Positions 13,301 to 24,069 of a stretch of DNA of 64,000 bases are shown piece by piece. Location: NCBI GenBank assembly GCA_950097015.1, contig CATNEN010000032.1:2790001-2854000 (forward strand), written 5' to 3'. This DNA comes from Macrostomum hystrix (lineage: Eukaryota > Animalia > Platyhelminthes). Numbering within the stretch: the stretch's first letter is position 1; every line of letters starts with the position of its first letter. The position numbers were made by a program, and so were the translations under genes. The notes below the pieces were generated by a model. That model was not told the DNA's origin, ran no database searches, and saw nothing but the letters and a program-made list of their open reading frames with translations.

Positions 13301-13847
13301 CAGAACTGCTGATGTTGGACTGCGCTGTTGTCTCAAATGACTCTGTAGTTGTTTTCGATGTGGTTGCCGTGGTTACTGGCGGTCCAGCGCAGACCAGCTT
13401 CAGCTCCTCGAGCCAGGCTGCTTGCTGACTGCGTACTCGCTCTTTCAACTGACGCTCGTGCGGCATTTCAATAGCCTGGAAGATCAGGCCACCCACGAAT
13501 GTGTAAGCCACAATCAGGCCTGACAGGCCGATGTGGCTGAATACAAAGGCAACGAATCGCTTGCAGAAGACTTTCGTCTGGCGCAATCGCCGGCGTCGGC
13601 GTTCGCGCCGCTTAAGCTCGCGTCGCTCCTGACGCGAGAGCTTCTGGCGTCGGGACACTTGAGGCGCCATCTTGTTCCCTTGATCGTCTTCCACGGTTTC
13701 AGTTTGGCCCATCTCGGTCTCCTGCTCTTGCTGCTGCTGCTGCTGCTGTATTCCCGACGCATAATGCTGAAAATCGACAATTGAAATCTGTGTTTCCGAT
13801 TCCACTATCATTTTAGCCGTTATTTCAGTTTTGACAGAAGCAGCCAT
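7388..13847 (-). CDS. Two-pore-domain potassium channel (K2P/TWiK family), 750 aa; complement join(7388..7689,8685..9316,9473..10019,13076..13847)
   Basis: Pore 1 is VITTIG|YGHAAPKT, split by an intron; pore 2 is FITLSTIGFGDIVPG; four TM segments. All three introns are GT-AG with compatible phases, and the total of 2253 nt equals 751 codons. Confidence 0.93.
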
Positions 13848-15400
13848 TCGGAAGACTTGAAGATCCCTTGTAGAATCCAATAATTCGAACACCAAGCTGA
13901 CATGTTCAGACGTTTATCATTGTGGAAGCGGAACATGAGAGCCATTAAATCGTATACTAATCCGGGTTCGCTTTAAGTTTCACTAAATTTTTTTATAACT
14001 AAGCAGGTCTGGCGATGAGCCAATCAACACTCTCAGTGGCTCCGCAATGCTAAATGGCCCAATAGAAATGTCGCATTCTAAATTTAGCTCGCAGCCGAAA
14101 GTGGCTCGTTTTATTCACTCTGAAGTCGTCGCTGAGAGGACTTCGACCGGGTTTGTTTAAGCAAATAGACCAGGCAAGGGGCGTAAAGTTATAGCCAATC
14201 TGTCAAACTGGGGTCGAGAATTGCTACCAATTTTTTCACTTTACATACTGACGCCTGACATTCGCTCGCACAAAGCGAGAATTGTAAGCTGGTGCAACGA
14301 CTTTGTCTGATCTCTGCCGTCACGAAATGTTGAACCGATCAGAAGTTGAACTGACTGGTTTAGGCGACACACCGGATGGCTAGGCAGAATGGCAAAACGA
14401 AGGCAAGGAAAATTGATGAAAAGTGTGCAAAGCGAATAAACACAAACACAACCAGTACACGGCCCACCAAACTTACAGAGTCGCATATCTGCATAATATA
14501 CTGATTGCCTACGAGGTGAATTTTTATGACTGAAGTCCGACCAACCCGCCCCTGTCCGGACCGTTGTGCAACAAACACCGGGCTCCCTGCTGCGGTGGTG
14601 CGCCGGTTATTGCAGAAATCGGATAGAGCAGAGAAGGCAAAGAGGGAGCGAGGGAACTAGAGTTGATGGGGATGCATTGGGGAAGGCGGGAATTGCGTGT
14701 GACCCAGTTTGTGTCGGTGAAGGGACAGACCGCGGCAGCGACTCCACTGCAAAGTTGATGCATCGGCGAGCTGACTGTCATCTGGTGCCAATTCAGTCAC
14801 GCGCACGGAAAGCTTGGAAATAGCTTTCATTTTACCCTGATTCATCTTAAAGAAACAGCACTTGGCGTCGGTCCCGGTAAGGGTCTGCGAAGTTGCTCAT
14901 GGTCGCCAGGGACAAGCATGAGAATGGCTAGCGAGGCTGCATCTTATCTCGCATCATGAAAACTGTTCGAACTGTTCTCATGGAACGACTAGTTTTCTAA
15001 ATTTCATATTGTATCTATACTACTGTAAGTAATATCATCGAAATTCTAAAATATGTCGTAGGTTCAGCAAGTAGTAGTAATAGACAAACATAAAAAAACC
15101 TATAAATACTCACTGTTTTCTTCATAATAGAGTGACAGAAACAGTTTTGCAGCGAACTTTCACCTGTGCGTCGTGCAGTTTGATCAGTTTGAGCAGTTTT
15201 AGATTTAAGAAAGATAATTTCTCTTATAAAATACGAAATAATGTGCACTCGCGCAGATCGTGACATAGATTGCGCCTAGCTTATCAGAGAGCTCCACAGC
15301 GAGCTTATCAGTTAGCCTCTATTAATTTGAGAGCTGCTTTTCTGTTACTGTATTTGTTATAATAAACTGAATTTTCATTCAGTGTAGAAGGGCCACAAGC
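13848..15400. promoter_or_regulatory. Divergent intergenic region between the K2P and SLC1 starts; candidate bidirectional promoter
   Basis: Head-to-head ATGs 1.55 kb apart. AGCCAATC boxes at 14018 and 14193 and a GC-box-like GGGGCGT at 14178. No transcript evidence. Confidence 0.35.
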
Positions 15401-18400
15401 ATGACGGGCGGCGGAAAATGCCGGACCTTCTTGAAGGAGAACCTGTTGCTGATCAGCACCCTGTTTGGTGTCGGTGGCTGGCATCGGGCTCGGCATTGGG
15501 CTGTACTTCGCCAAGCCGGACGACACCTGGCTGCTGTGGATCGGTGCGTGACTGTTGGGCGTGCCTGAGGGATTCATGTATGTTGGAGGCCCAGGACTCC
15601 TGACCAGGAGGTCGGTGAAAACCAGGGAAATATTCAGGTAAGAAACATGAGATGAGGTGCGATGAGGAAAGCTGAGCATTCCTAGCTGCCTTCTCTAGGG
15701 TTTCCTGGCGAGCTGGTGCTCCGTGCCTTCAAGCTGCTCATCCTGCCACTTGTGATTTCCTGCGTGATCAACATCACTGCCAGCAGCAGCATTCGCGCTA
15801 ACGGCACCATGGGCGGCCTTGCAATGCTGTATATCGTCACTACCAACTTTGTGGGCGCGCTTCTCGGCCTTCTGTTTGTAGTGCTTATTCAACCCGGTAA
15901 GGCTGGAACCTAGGACTGCGTGCTATGCACTGGGCTCAAGCCAAGCACCCATTCCACGACAACCACCCTGCTCACGCCAGGCACCCAGCCGACACCGAAC
16001 ACCATCCAACACCGAACACCATCCAACACCAAACACCATCCCACGCCAAGCACATTCGCAAAGCAGCCACCAACACACCGATTACGCAACTTACGCCGAA
16101 ATACACACACAAAGTTCATAGCAATGCAGGAATTTTAATCATATAATCAAAACTTCAGGCTCCTCAGGTCAAGGTGGCGGTGGTGGTGGCAGCGGCGGCG
16201 GTGGAGGTCCCCCAATCAGTCGACTTACCACTTCGGACATCCTGACAGATCTGTTTAGGTTTCTATTCCCTGAAAACTTCTGTCTGTAACTTCAAGACTA
16301 AGATATTGACTAGTACCTGTGACATATTATCTGTTGGTGTCAAATTTCAGAAATCTCATACCTGACAACATCATCACAATGGCGTTTGAGACGGTAGCCT
16401 CTTTATTTCGCTTTTATCGATCTGGTATAAAGAGTCGCTGACTAATGAACAATGTACTATTTTTCTCAGAGTCAGACGGTGTACATGCCCCAGCTAAGCA
16501 ACGGCAGCACTCTTTACGTTCGGCAAAACGGCACCAGCCGGGGCATGAACATCCTGGGCGCCCTGTTCGTTAGCGTACTGTTCGGCTTGGCCACCTCTGG
16601 CATGGGCGGGCGCGCGAGCGAGACATTTCGAGAGTTTTTTGACGCCGTCACCGGAGCTACGACGCTGCTATTGAGCAAAGTAATTTGGTGAGGCTCGTTG
16701 CTCCTGTTATGACGGTGCAGAGCATGATTCGAATATCCATGACTGTTGAAGCTCCTGTTATGACGGTGCAGAGCATGATTCGAATATCCATGACTGTTGA
16801 AGCTCCTGTTATGACAGTGCAGAGCATGATTCGAATATCCATGACTGTTGAAGCTCCTTTTATGACGGTGCAGAGCATGATTCGAATATCCATGACTGTT
16901 GAAGCTCCTTTATGACAGTGCAGAGCATGATTCGAATATCCATGACTGTTGAAGCTCCTGTTATGACAGTGCAGAGCATGATTCGAATATCCATGACTGT
17001 TGAAGCTCCTGTTATGACGGTGCAGAGCATGATTCGAATATCCATGACTGTTGAAGCTCCTGTTATGACGGTGCAGAGCATGATTCGAATATCCATGACT
17101 GTTGAAGCTCCTGTTATGACGGTGCAGAGCATGATTCGAATATCCATGACTGTTGAAGCTCCTGTTATGACGGTGCAGAGCATGATTCGAATATCCATGA
17201 CTGTTGAAGCTCCTGTTATGACAGTGCAGAGCATGTGTAAGAGCCGGCGAAATTTAGATTGTCAGAAAGTACGCACGAGTTTATTTGGCATAACGATTCA
17301 ATATATACGAGCAGGGCAGTGATGAGCACGATGAATAATAAAATAGGCTAAAGCCAGCCCCACCCCCAAGCGGGTGAAAGGCCGACGCCATGTACATTTA
17401 GACCAATCAGACAAGACGAGCCAACGCACAACACACCACGCAGGAACCCCACATTACTCTCCCCCAAGAAAAGCGCAAGGGGAAGCAACAAAAAAAGGCA
17501 ATAAAACACAACGAAAAAAAATTCAAAATGCATAACAAAAATAGTCCAAAAACTACAGTCCCTGTCACACAGTACCTAACTTGGCTACCAAGACGCTCTG
17601 AAATAGTCAGGAGGTCGCCGCTGCCTTCCTGAGCGACGGGGCCCTCCCTGACACTCGCCAGCCGCGGGCTCGCGCAGCAACTCCCAGGTGCCAGGGCCGT
17701 CCAGCTCCGGGTCGTGGCTCGCGTCAGCGGCTGCTGGAAGGGCCGCCGGCTGGCTCGCCGGCTGGGTCGCCGGCTGCGCCGCCGGCTGGGTCGCTGCGTT
17801 GTCAGTTCGGCTGACGAACGGCTTCATTCGATCATGGTGCACCAATAATTTACGCCTGCCGTTCTCGGAGCGCACTCGGTAGTTCACGGGGCCGACCTTC
17901 TTGATGATGGTGTACGGGCCGGACCACCTGTTCGATAGTGACTTACACTGGCCGCGCTTCATCGCCTGGTTCGTCAGCATCACCAGGTCCCCGACCTTAA
18001 ACTCGACAGTCTCGGCGCCTCGGTTGTAAAACGCGTGCTGAGAGCTTTGAGCTGATTGCAGATTCGCTCGGACCACCTGAAAGCCGCGTCGGATTCTTGC
18101 CTGGATGTCCTCGCAGCTCCTCGGCAGGTCCTGTTGCCCTTGGACACCGAGCAGCAGGTCTGCGGGCTGTCGCGGCTCCATGCCCCGCAGAACCTTGAAG
18201 GGCGACTCGCCCGTAGAGCTGTGCGCCGAGCTGTTGTAAGCCCACACAACGTAGGGTAGCAGAATGTCCCAGCTGGTCTGGTTCGCTGCGCAGAAAGCTG
18301 ACAGCATGTTGCCTAACGTTCGGTTGAACCTCTCGACGTTGCCGTTGCCACTGGGATGAAACGGTGATGTCCTCGACTTCTCTGTGCCCAGCGGTGCGCA

Positions 18401-21400
18401 AGTCTCCTTGAACAGCTCGGCCTCGAACTGCCGACCCTGGTCCGAGTGCACGACTTCCGGAACACCGTGTCGCAGTACCACGGCAGTCACCAGGGCCTCA
18501 GCCACCGTCTTGGCGTCGATCTGGCTAAGGGCTGCCGTTTCAACCCATTTTGAGAAGGTGTCAACAAAGCACAGAATGTAGCGCTTACCAGACGCGGTGG
18601 CCGGCAAGGGTCCCTTAATGTCAAGCTGCACGATTGACCACGGTCGGGCAGGCAACGGCTGCCGCACGAGCTCGGCACGGGCTCTCTTCGGCGCTCCCTT
18701 CCGGCGCTGGCAGACCGTACAGCTGCGCACCCAGTCTCGTACGTCTTCGCGCATTTCCGGCCACCAGGCGCGAGCTTGCAGCGCTCGCAGAACTCGACGT
18801 TGTCCGAGATGCCCGGCGCTAGGCAGGTCATGCGCCTGTTGCAGCAGCTCCGCACGCATGTGCTGAGGAATCACTGGCAGCCCGTTGTGAAGCAGCGCGC
18901 CGGCCGGTGACATCGACAGGCCAGGCATCAGTCTGTGAACCGCCGAACTCACAGCAGCAGGGACCTGGAAGTCGGGCTGTAGCATCGCCTGACGGGCCGC
19001 GTGTAGAATCTGGTCCAGGTCTTGCTCTTCCGGCAGGTTGGCGGTCTTAAATTGCACCGCGGCTGCTCGGCTGAGAGCGTCCGGCACGATGTTCTCCTTG
19101 CTAGGCCGGTAAAGGATCTCCAGCGGAAACTCCTGGATGAGCTGCAGCCAGCGCGCCAACCGTCCCGCAGGCTCCTTGGTGTTCAGCAGTCCGATGATCG
19201 GCTTGTGGTCGGTGAACACCTGGATACGGCTGCTATTACTCAGGTACATTCGAAACTGCTTGAGACTCCATACCACGGCCAGGAGCTCTCGGTCCGTGGT
19301 GCTGTAGTTGCGCTCGGCCTTGCTCAGCGTTCTGGAGGCATAGGCCACCGGCAGATCCTCGCCGTCTCGCTCCTGGCTGAGCACCGCACCCAAAGCGACG
19401 GCACTGCTGTCACAGCTGATGGTAACGGGTCGATTGAAGTCTGGCAGCTGGAGCACGGGAGCCTGGGTAAGAGCGTCCTTCAGCTTGGCTAGTGCTGCCG
19501 CATGCTCGTCTGTCCATGCGAAACCCCCAGCGCTTTTCTGTGCCAGATGGTGCAGCGGCTTGGCGATGTCGGAGAAGTTGGGCACAAACCGGCGGTAGAA
19601 GCTCAGCATGCCGAGGATGCGCCGGACGTCCTGGTCCGACCGCGGGTCTGGCATCTGTCTGATCGCCTCGACCTTCTTTGCCGACTGTGCGATGCCGCTC
19701 TCGGAAACCTCGTGGCCCAGGTAGGTGACCTTCCGATAGGCGAAGAAGCTCTTGCCAGGGTTCAGCTTCAGTTCGGCGGACCGCAGACGCTGAAGAACAT
19801 TGGACAACGACTGGAGATGACTCCCGAAGTCCTTGTTGAAGATGATGAGATCGTCGATATAGGCGATGACCTCCTCCCAGCTGAGCCCTGTCATAATGAG
19901 TTCCATCATGCGCTGATAGGTTGCTGGCGCATTGCACATGCCAAATCCCATTTTCCTGAACTGCATCAAGCCGCTCGGAGTGTAGAAAGCAGTTAACGGC
20001 CGGTCCTCCTCCCTGACTTCCACCTGGAGGAAGCCTTGTCGCATGTCGATGGTAGAAAACCAGGTGCAGCCAGCCAGAGAGTCGAGTGCCTGGTGCAAGT
20101 GCGGCAGCGGGTGAGCATCCTTGACAGTGAGGCTGTTTAGCGCTCGCCAGTCTACGCAGACTCGGATGTCATTGTTCTTCTTCCTGACGATCATGAGATT
20201 GCTGGCCCATGGGCTTGAAGACGGCTCGATGACGCCATGTTTTTGCATTTGAGCAAGCTTCTCGTCCACTTGCTTCCTGAAGGCGTGCGGCACACGACGG
20301 GGTCGCTGACGAATCGGATGTGCGCAGTCTTCCAGCTCGATCTTGTGTTGTGCAGCGCCACTCGTCCCTACGTCGAATTAGTGTGCCGAGACCACATCGG
20401 CGAACTGTGTCAGCAGAGCCTTTAGTCGGTCGCCGTCGACTGCTGGCAGATCCGGGTTGATGTTGAATTGGTCCGCAGGGCCTCGCCAGTCGTGCAAGTC
20501 CTCGTCCTCCTCGACGATATCGGCGCTCTCGAAGGTTCCGATGTTCTGGTTGGAGTACAGCGTGACTGGAGTGCATCCCAGATTGCACACCCGCACTGGG
20601 ATTCTTCCATCGTTCGAAGACACTGCGAACACTCGGCAGGGCAGCACTCCAGTTTTGTCAACGAACTCCTGGGAAGGTTCGAAAATGCCCTGGGCCTGCT
20701 TTGTTTCGATTGCCACCTTGACAACCTTCGTCGCTCTCGGCGGCACGACTACAGCGTCTTGAACTCGGGCGATGAGCACCGTGGGAACCATGCAGTAGGA
20801 CGACGACGCTCCTCGTTCAGACTCGGTGCTGCTGAACGGGACGGAAGCCTTGTCAAAGGTAACCGTCTGGGCCTTCTGGTCGATGCTAAATTGCGATGAA
20901 GCCATCCTGCTGATGAAGTCCATTCCAAGGATGAAGTCAGGCCGAATTCCTTTCACCACCAGCACTTCGAGATGGCTGGTCAGCTGCTTGCCCAGTCGCA
21001 CCGACAGGCTTATACTGCCCAGCAGCTCGAGGGTGGTGCCATCCACCGATACCGGTTTAACCTCTGCTGGTTTCAGGTCGTTGCTGACCCCAAGCGATCT
21101 CACGGCGATGTCGCTGATAAGAGATGTCTGCGCTCCGGTGTCCAGCAGCCACCGGCACGGCATGCCATTCGCTAGGCCAGGAATAAAAATAGCATGCAGA
21201 ACGGGATTGCTCCTGTGGGTTGGTGTGGGTCCCGCACCCGTCGCACCAACCCTTAGAAGTTTCCCTGGGCCTTGGATGGGCAGACGGAGGCTTTGTGCCC
21301 CTTCCCTGAGCATTTGTGACAGATGATTGGGTCCAGCTTCTTCTCGCGCTGGCGACAATGAGCTGCCAGGTGCCCGGGCTGACCGCAGCTGAAGCAGGCG

Positions 21401-24069
21401 CCTGCTCGTTGCTGCCGGCGTCGCCGAGGATCGCTGCCTGGCTGCACGCTGACCCTGGCGATGAGCTCCTCCATGCACCGCTCCAGCCGATCGAGGCGGT
21501 CAGATGTCGCATGAATTTCCGTAGTAGTGGCGCCAACAGCCTTGACTGCTGTAACTGATGGTCGCCCTACCAGACCTTCCAGTCGGGCTGCTCGCTGCAG
21601 CATAGACTCCAGGCTGCAAGTCTCCGCGTCCTCTGCCTTTAAAAGGCTGTCGCGGATGTCAGGATTGAGCAGGTGCAGAAGCTTGAAACGCACGTCCCGA
21701 TCTCGCTGCTGTGTTGAATCGTTCGGCCTGGCCTTCTGATGAAGCAGCCTCAGGTTAAAGCACAGCTCGCGTAGCGTCTCGTTCTCTCCGCGCTTCCTTG
21801 CGTGGAATGTGTTCATGGCCTTGAAGCTGTCAGACTCGCCACCATAAAATTTTGTAAGCGCGGTTTCAATTTCCTTGTAGCTCTTCTGCTTCGTCGGCTC
21901 GAGATCCCAGACGATCAGTTGCGCCTCTCCAGTGAGCAACAGTTTGACTTTTGACGCCGATGTTTCGTCGTCCCACTTTGCATCCTGGCTGAATTCCTCA
22001 AACATACGCAGCCATCTTCGCACGTCAGTGTCGTCTGTGCCACTAAACTTTGGCGGCATAAGTGCATTTGAGTAGGCCATTAGAGCTCTGGGTTCTAGCT
22101 CGCTGCCACCAATGTAAGAGCAGGCGAAATTTAGATTGTCAGAAAGTACGCACGAGTTTATTTGGCATAACGATTCAATATATACGAGCAGGGCAGTGAT
22201 GAGCACGATGAATAATAAAATAGGCTAAAGCCAGCCCCACCCCCAAGCGGGTGAAAGGCCGACGCCATGTACATTTAGACCAATCAGACAAGACGAGCCA
22301 ACGCACAACACACCACGTAGGAACCCCACACATGATTCGAATATCCATGACTGTTGAAGCTCCTGTTATGACAGTGCAGAGCATGATTCGAATATCCATG
22401 ACTGTTGAAGCTCCTGTTATGACGGTGCAAAGCATGATTCGAATATCCACGACTGTTGAAGCTCCTGTTATGACGGTGCAGAGCATGATTCGAATATGTC
22501 TGACTTACGCGAGCACACTTTCTCACTGTTTTGTTCGTGAGTATGCTCTTAGGAGTGATATTTCAGTTTACAGCAGCGTTGTAGTACTCGTTCCACAAAA
22601 AACCTATTCACAGAGAACGGTAAATCTTTAAATCGAAAAGGTGTCTCCCACTCGGCCTAATGAGCCTAATTGCCAAATCACTGGCCGAAGTGCAGAACAT
22701 GGAGCAGACCTTCATCAGCTTAGGCACCTTCATCGGCACGGTGGTGGCGGCGCTGGCGGTAAACCAGTTCATTGTACACCTGGTCATGTTTCTGGCATTC
22801 GTCCGCCGCAACCCATTCCCATTCTACTGGAAGATGATGAAGGCCTACCTGGTGGCCTTTAGTGCCAACAGCAGGTGCGTAGATGCTGCTTTGAACACTA
22901 ATAGAAATTTCCATTTTTACAACGCTAAGTAAGGTCACACCTTTGGAAGGTCAGTACCGTCCAGAGATTTATACCGTCCTCCCCACTTTAATCTCTCCTA
23001 GTCAAGTTTGTAGCCAATCACCGCTCACCCTTCACTTTCTTTTTCTCCCCTCAAGACACCCACCTCACGCTAAGCCAATCAAGCTGCTCTATTCACTGAC
23101 TATAACCCTTCTTATCCTGCTGCCCAACCACACGCCTCTCACTTTACAGCCAATCGTGACTCGTCTATTAATAACTTCTTCTTGACATCTACAACTGGCT
23201 TCATATCTTGTGCATTTCACTCCAAGCGCACAGTCAGTCTGACCTGCTGAATGCCACGTCATCTCATCCTCGATTCACACCTTCGCAACCCCCAGCGTGT
23301 CAGCCCTCCCGGTGATGCTGGAGTGCGCTGACAATGCCGGCCTGCGGCCTCGCATCTCTCGCTTCATCCTGCCATTGTGCTGCAACACCAACTCGGACGG
23401 GTCCTGCGCCTACATCGCGGCCTCCGTCACCTTTCTGGCCCAGCTGAGCGGCACGCCACTCAGCTTCGGAAACTACATATTGATTGCGTAAGCACCTGTT
23501 GATAGCAATCAATATGAATCCTAACCTCGCTGACAAAGACCTCTGAAATCTTGTTAGATTCCTAGCAGGGGTTTCTGGACTCTCTCTGCCATCGGTTCCC
23601 AGCTCCAGCATCATCGTTATCATCGGAATTCTGTCGAATCTGGGCATCCCGGATGCTGGAGTATCGCTGCTGTACACTGGCGAGTTCATTCTGTGAGTCT
23701 GCCTGCTTGATTAAGCTTTTTAATGACAAAAAACTCTATGCATTCTACTTAATTCCAATCCGTGACGCCTTCAGCGACCGTCTGCGCACCGGCTGCAACA
23801 CCTGGAGCCACTGCACCTGCGCCGCCGCAATGGACGCCAGGATACCCCAGTCCGAAGCTGAGAAGGCAGGGGCTACGGTCTTTGTTGAAGAGGGCGGCGA
23901 TGTCGGCAGCGGCCAGGAGACAACTGAGCCTGCAGCCGGCTCGGCGACTGCAGTCGATGAAAGCAGCATCGCCGACTCGCAGGCGAACAGCGAGAGAGCC
24001 TTGCTGAGTGGTGGCCTGGGTGGTGACTTCGGCAAGGATGATTCAACCCTGACTTCTGTGCAGGTCTAA
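15401..24069 (+). CDS. SLC1/EAAT-family (dicarboxylate/amino acid:cation symporter) transporter, 518 aa if the extra G at 15473-15474 is removed; exons 15401..15543,15699..15896,16159..16258,16351..16393,16470..16687,22641..22874,23296..23487,23558..23692,23775..24069
   Basis: Motifs GFPGELVLRAFKLLILPL, RNLIPDNII, MNILG, AFSANSSVSALP (HP1), NTNSDG (TM7), SLPSVPSSS (HP2), LDRLRTGCN (TM8). All eight introns are GT-AG with matching phases. One +1 frameshift in exon 1 as given. Confidence 0.9.
16700..17235. repeat. 51-bp minisatellite, left part (about 10.5 copies), in SLC1 intron 5
   Basis: Unit GCTCCTGTTATGACGGTGCAGAGCATGATTCGAATATCCATGACTGTTGAA, near-identical copies. Confidence 0.98.
17236..17453 (-). 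repeat. Gypsy 3' LTR (218 bp)
   Basis: Matches 22113..22330 at 216/218; preceded on the minus strand by PPT GGGGGAGAGTAA (17454-17465). Confidence 0.97.
17585..21265 (-). pseudogene. pol: Gypsy pro-pol (protease, RT, RNase H, integrase), -1 frame relative to gag, one in-frame TAA at 20378-20380
   Basis: WLLDTGA (PR), AYIDD (RT), CDSSAVALGAVL and TDHKP (RH), HDLPSAGH..CTVC, DIKGP, HSDQG, GNVERFNRTL and SGPY (IN). ORFs 20378..21478 and 17585..20293 are in the same frame, separated only by TAA. Confidence 0.93.
21201..21265 (-). promoter_or_regulatory. Predicted -1 programmed ribosomal frameshift signal (G GGA AAC, 6-nt spacer, stem-loop or pseudoknot)
   Basis: Slippery heptamer at 21259-21265, one codon before the gag TAA. 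Stem GGGTTGGTG/CACCAACCC (21244-21252 with 21217-21225). Loop CGGGA could pair with downstream TCCCG (21202-21206). Confidence 0.85.
21253..22080 (-). CDS. gag: Gypsy Gag, 275 aa, two CCHC zinc knuckles
   Basis: First ATG after the PBS; PPKFSG..VRRWL capsid-like start; CFSCGQPGHLAAHC and CHKCSGKGHKASVC. Confidence 0.92.
   Translation of the reverse strand: MAYSNALMPPKFSGTDDTDVRRWLRMFEEFSQDAKWDDETSASKVKLLLTGEAQLIVWDLEPTKQKSYKEIETALTKFYGGESDSFKAMNTFHARKRGENETLRELCFNLRLLHQKARPNDSTQQRDRDVRFKLLHLLNPDIRDSLLKAEDAETCSLESMLQRAARLEGLVGRPSVTAVKAVGATTTEIHATSDRLDRLERCMEELIARVSVQPGSDPRRRRQQRAGACFSCGQPGHLAAHCRQREKKLDPIICHKCSGKGHKASVCPSKAQGNF
22101..22111 (-). other. Gypsy primer-binding site TGGTGGCAGCG (tRNA-Leu type)
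   Basis: One base from the 5' LTR; complementary to the 3' end CGCUGCCA-CCA known from tRNA-Leu. Confidence 0.75.
22113..22330 (-). repeat. Gypsy 5' LTR (218 bp)
   Basis: Matches 17236..17453; followed by the PBS on the minus strand. Confidence 0.97.
22331..22497. repeat. 51-bp minisatellite, right part (about 3.3 copies)
   Basis: Resumes in phase with the left array after the CATG duplication. Confidence 0.97.
22943..23087 (+). repeat. About 145-bp dispersed repeat, copy A (SLC1 intron 6)
   Basis: Near-identical reverse complement at 24711..24855. Confidence 0.9.

Larger units (their letters stand above)
17236..22330 (-). mobile_element. Full-length Ty3/Gypsy LTR retrotransposon (5095 bp) with CATG target-site duplication
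   Basis: 218-bp TG..CA LTRs at both ends with 2 mismatches. CATG at 17232-17235 and 22331-22334. PBS, PPT, and gag, PR-RT-RH-IN in Gypsy order. Confidence 0.98.

Noticed and set aside
16657-17322. ORFs on both strands across the 51-bp array, and a CRISPR-like regular appearance
   Set aside because: The unit is a multiple of 3, so open frames are automatic. The exon 5 frame stops right at the donor (TGG TGA). Units are contiguous with no unique spacers and no cas genes, in a eukaryotic context.
20378-20380. Programmed readthrough at the pol TAA
   Set aside because: UAA is the least leaky stop, there is no obvious readthrough context, and the element already has a gag-pro frameshift signal. 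A point mutation is simpler.
17688-21739. Numerous overlapping ORFs inside the Gypsy element (and likewise within the NTPDase and MyTH4-FERM genes)
   Set aside because: Expected alternative-frame and antisense ORFs of GC-rich coding sequence
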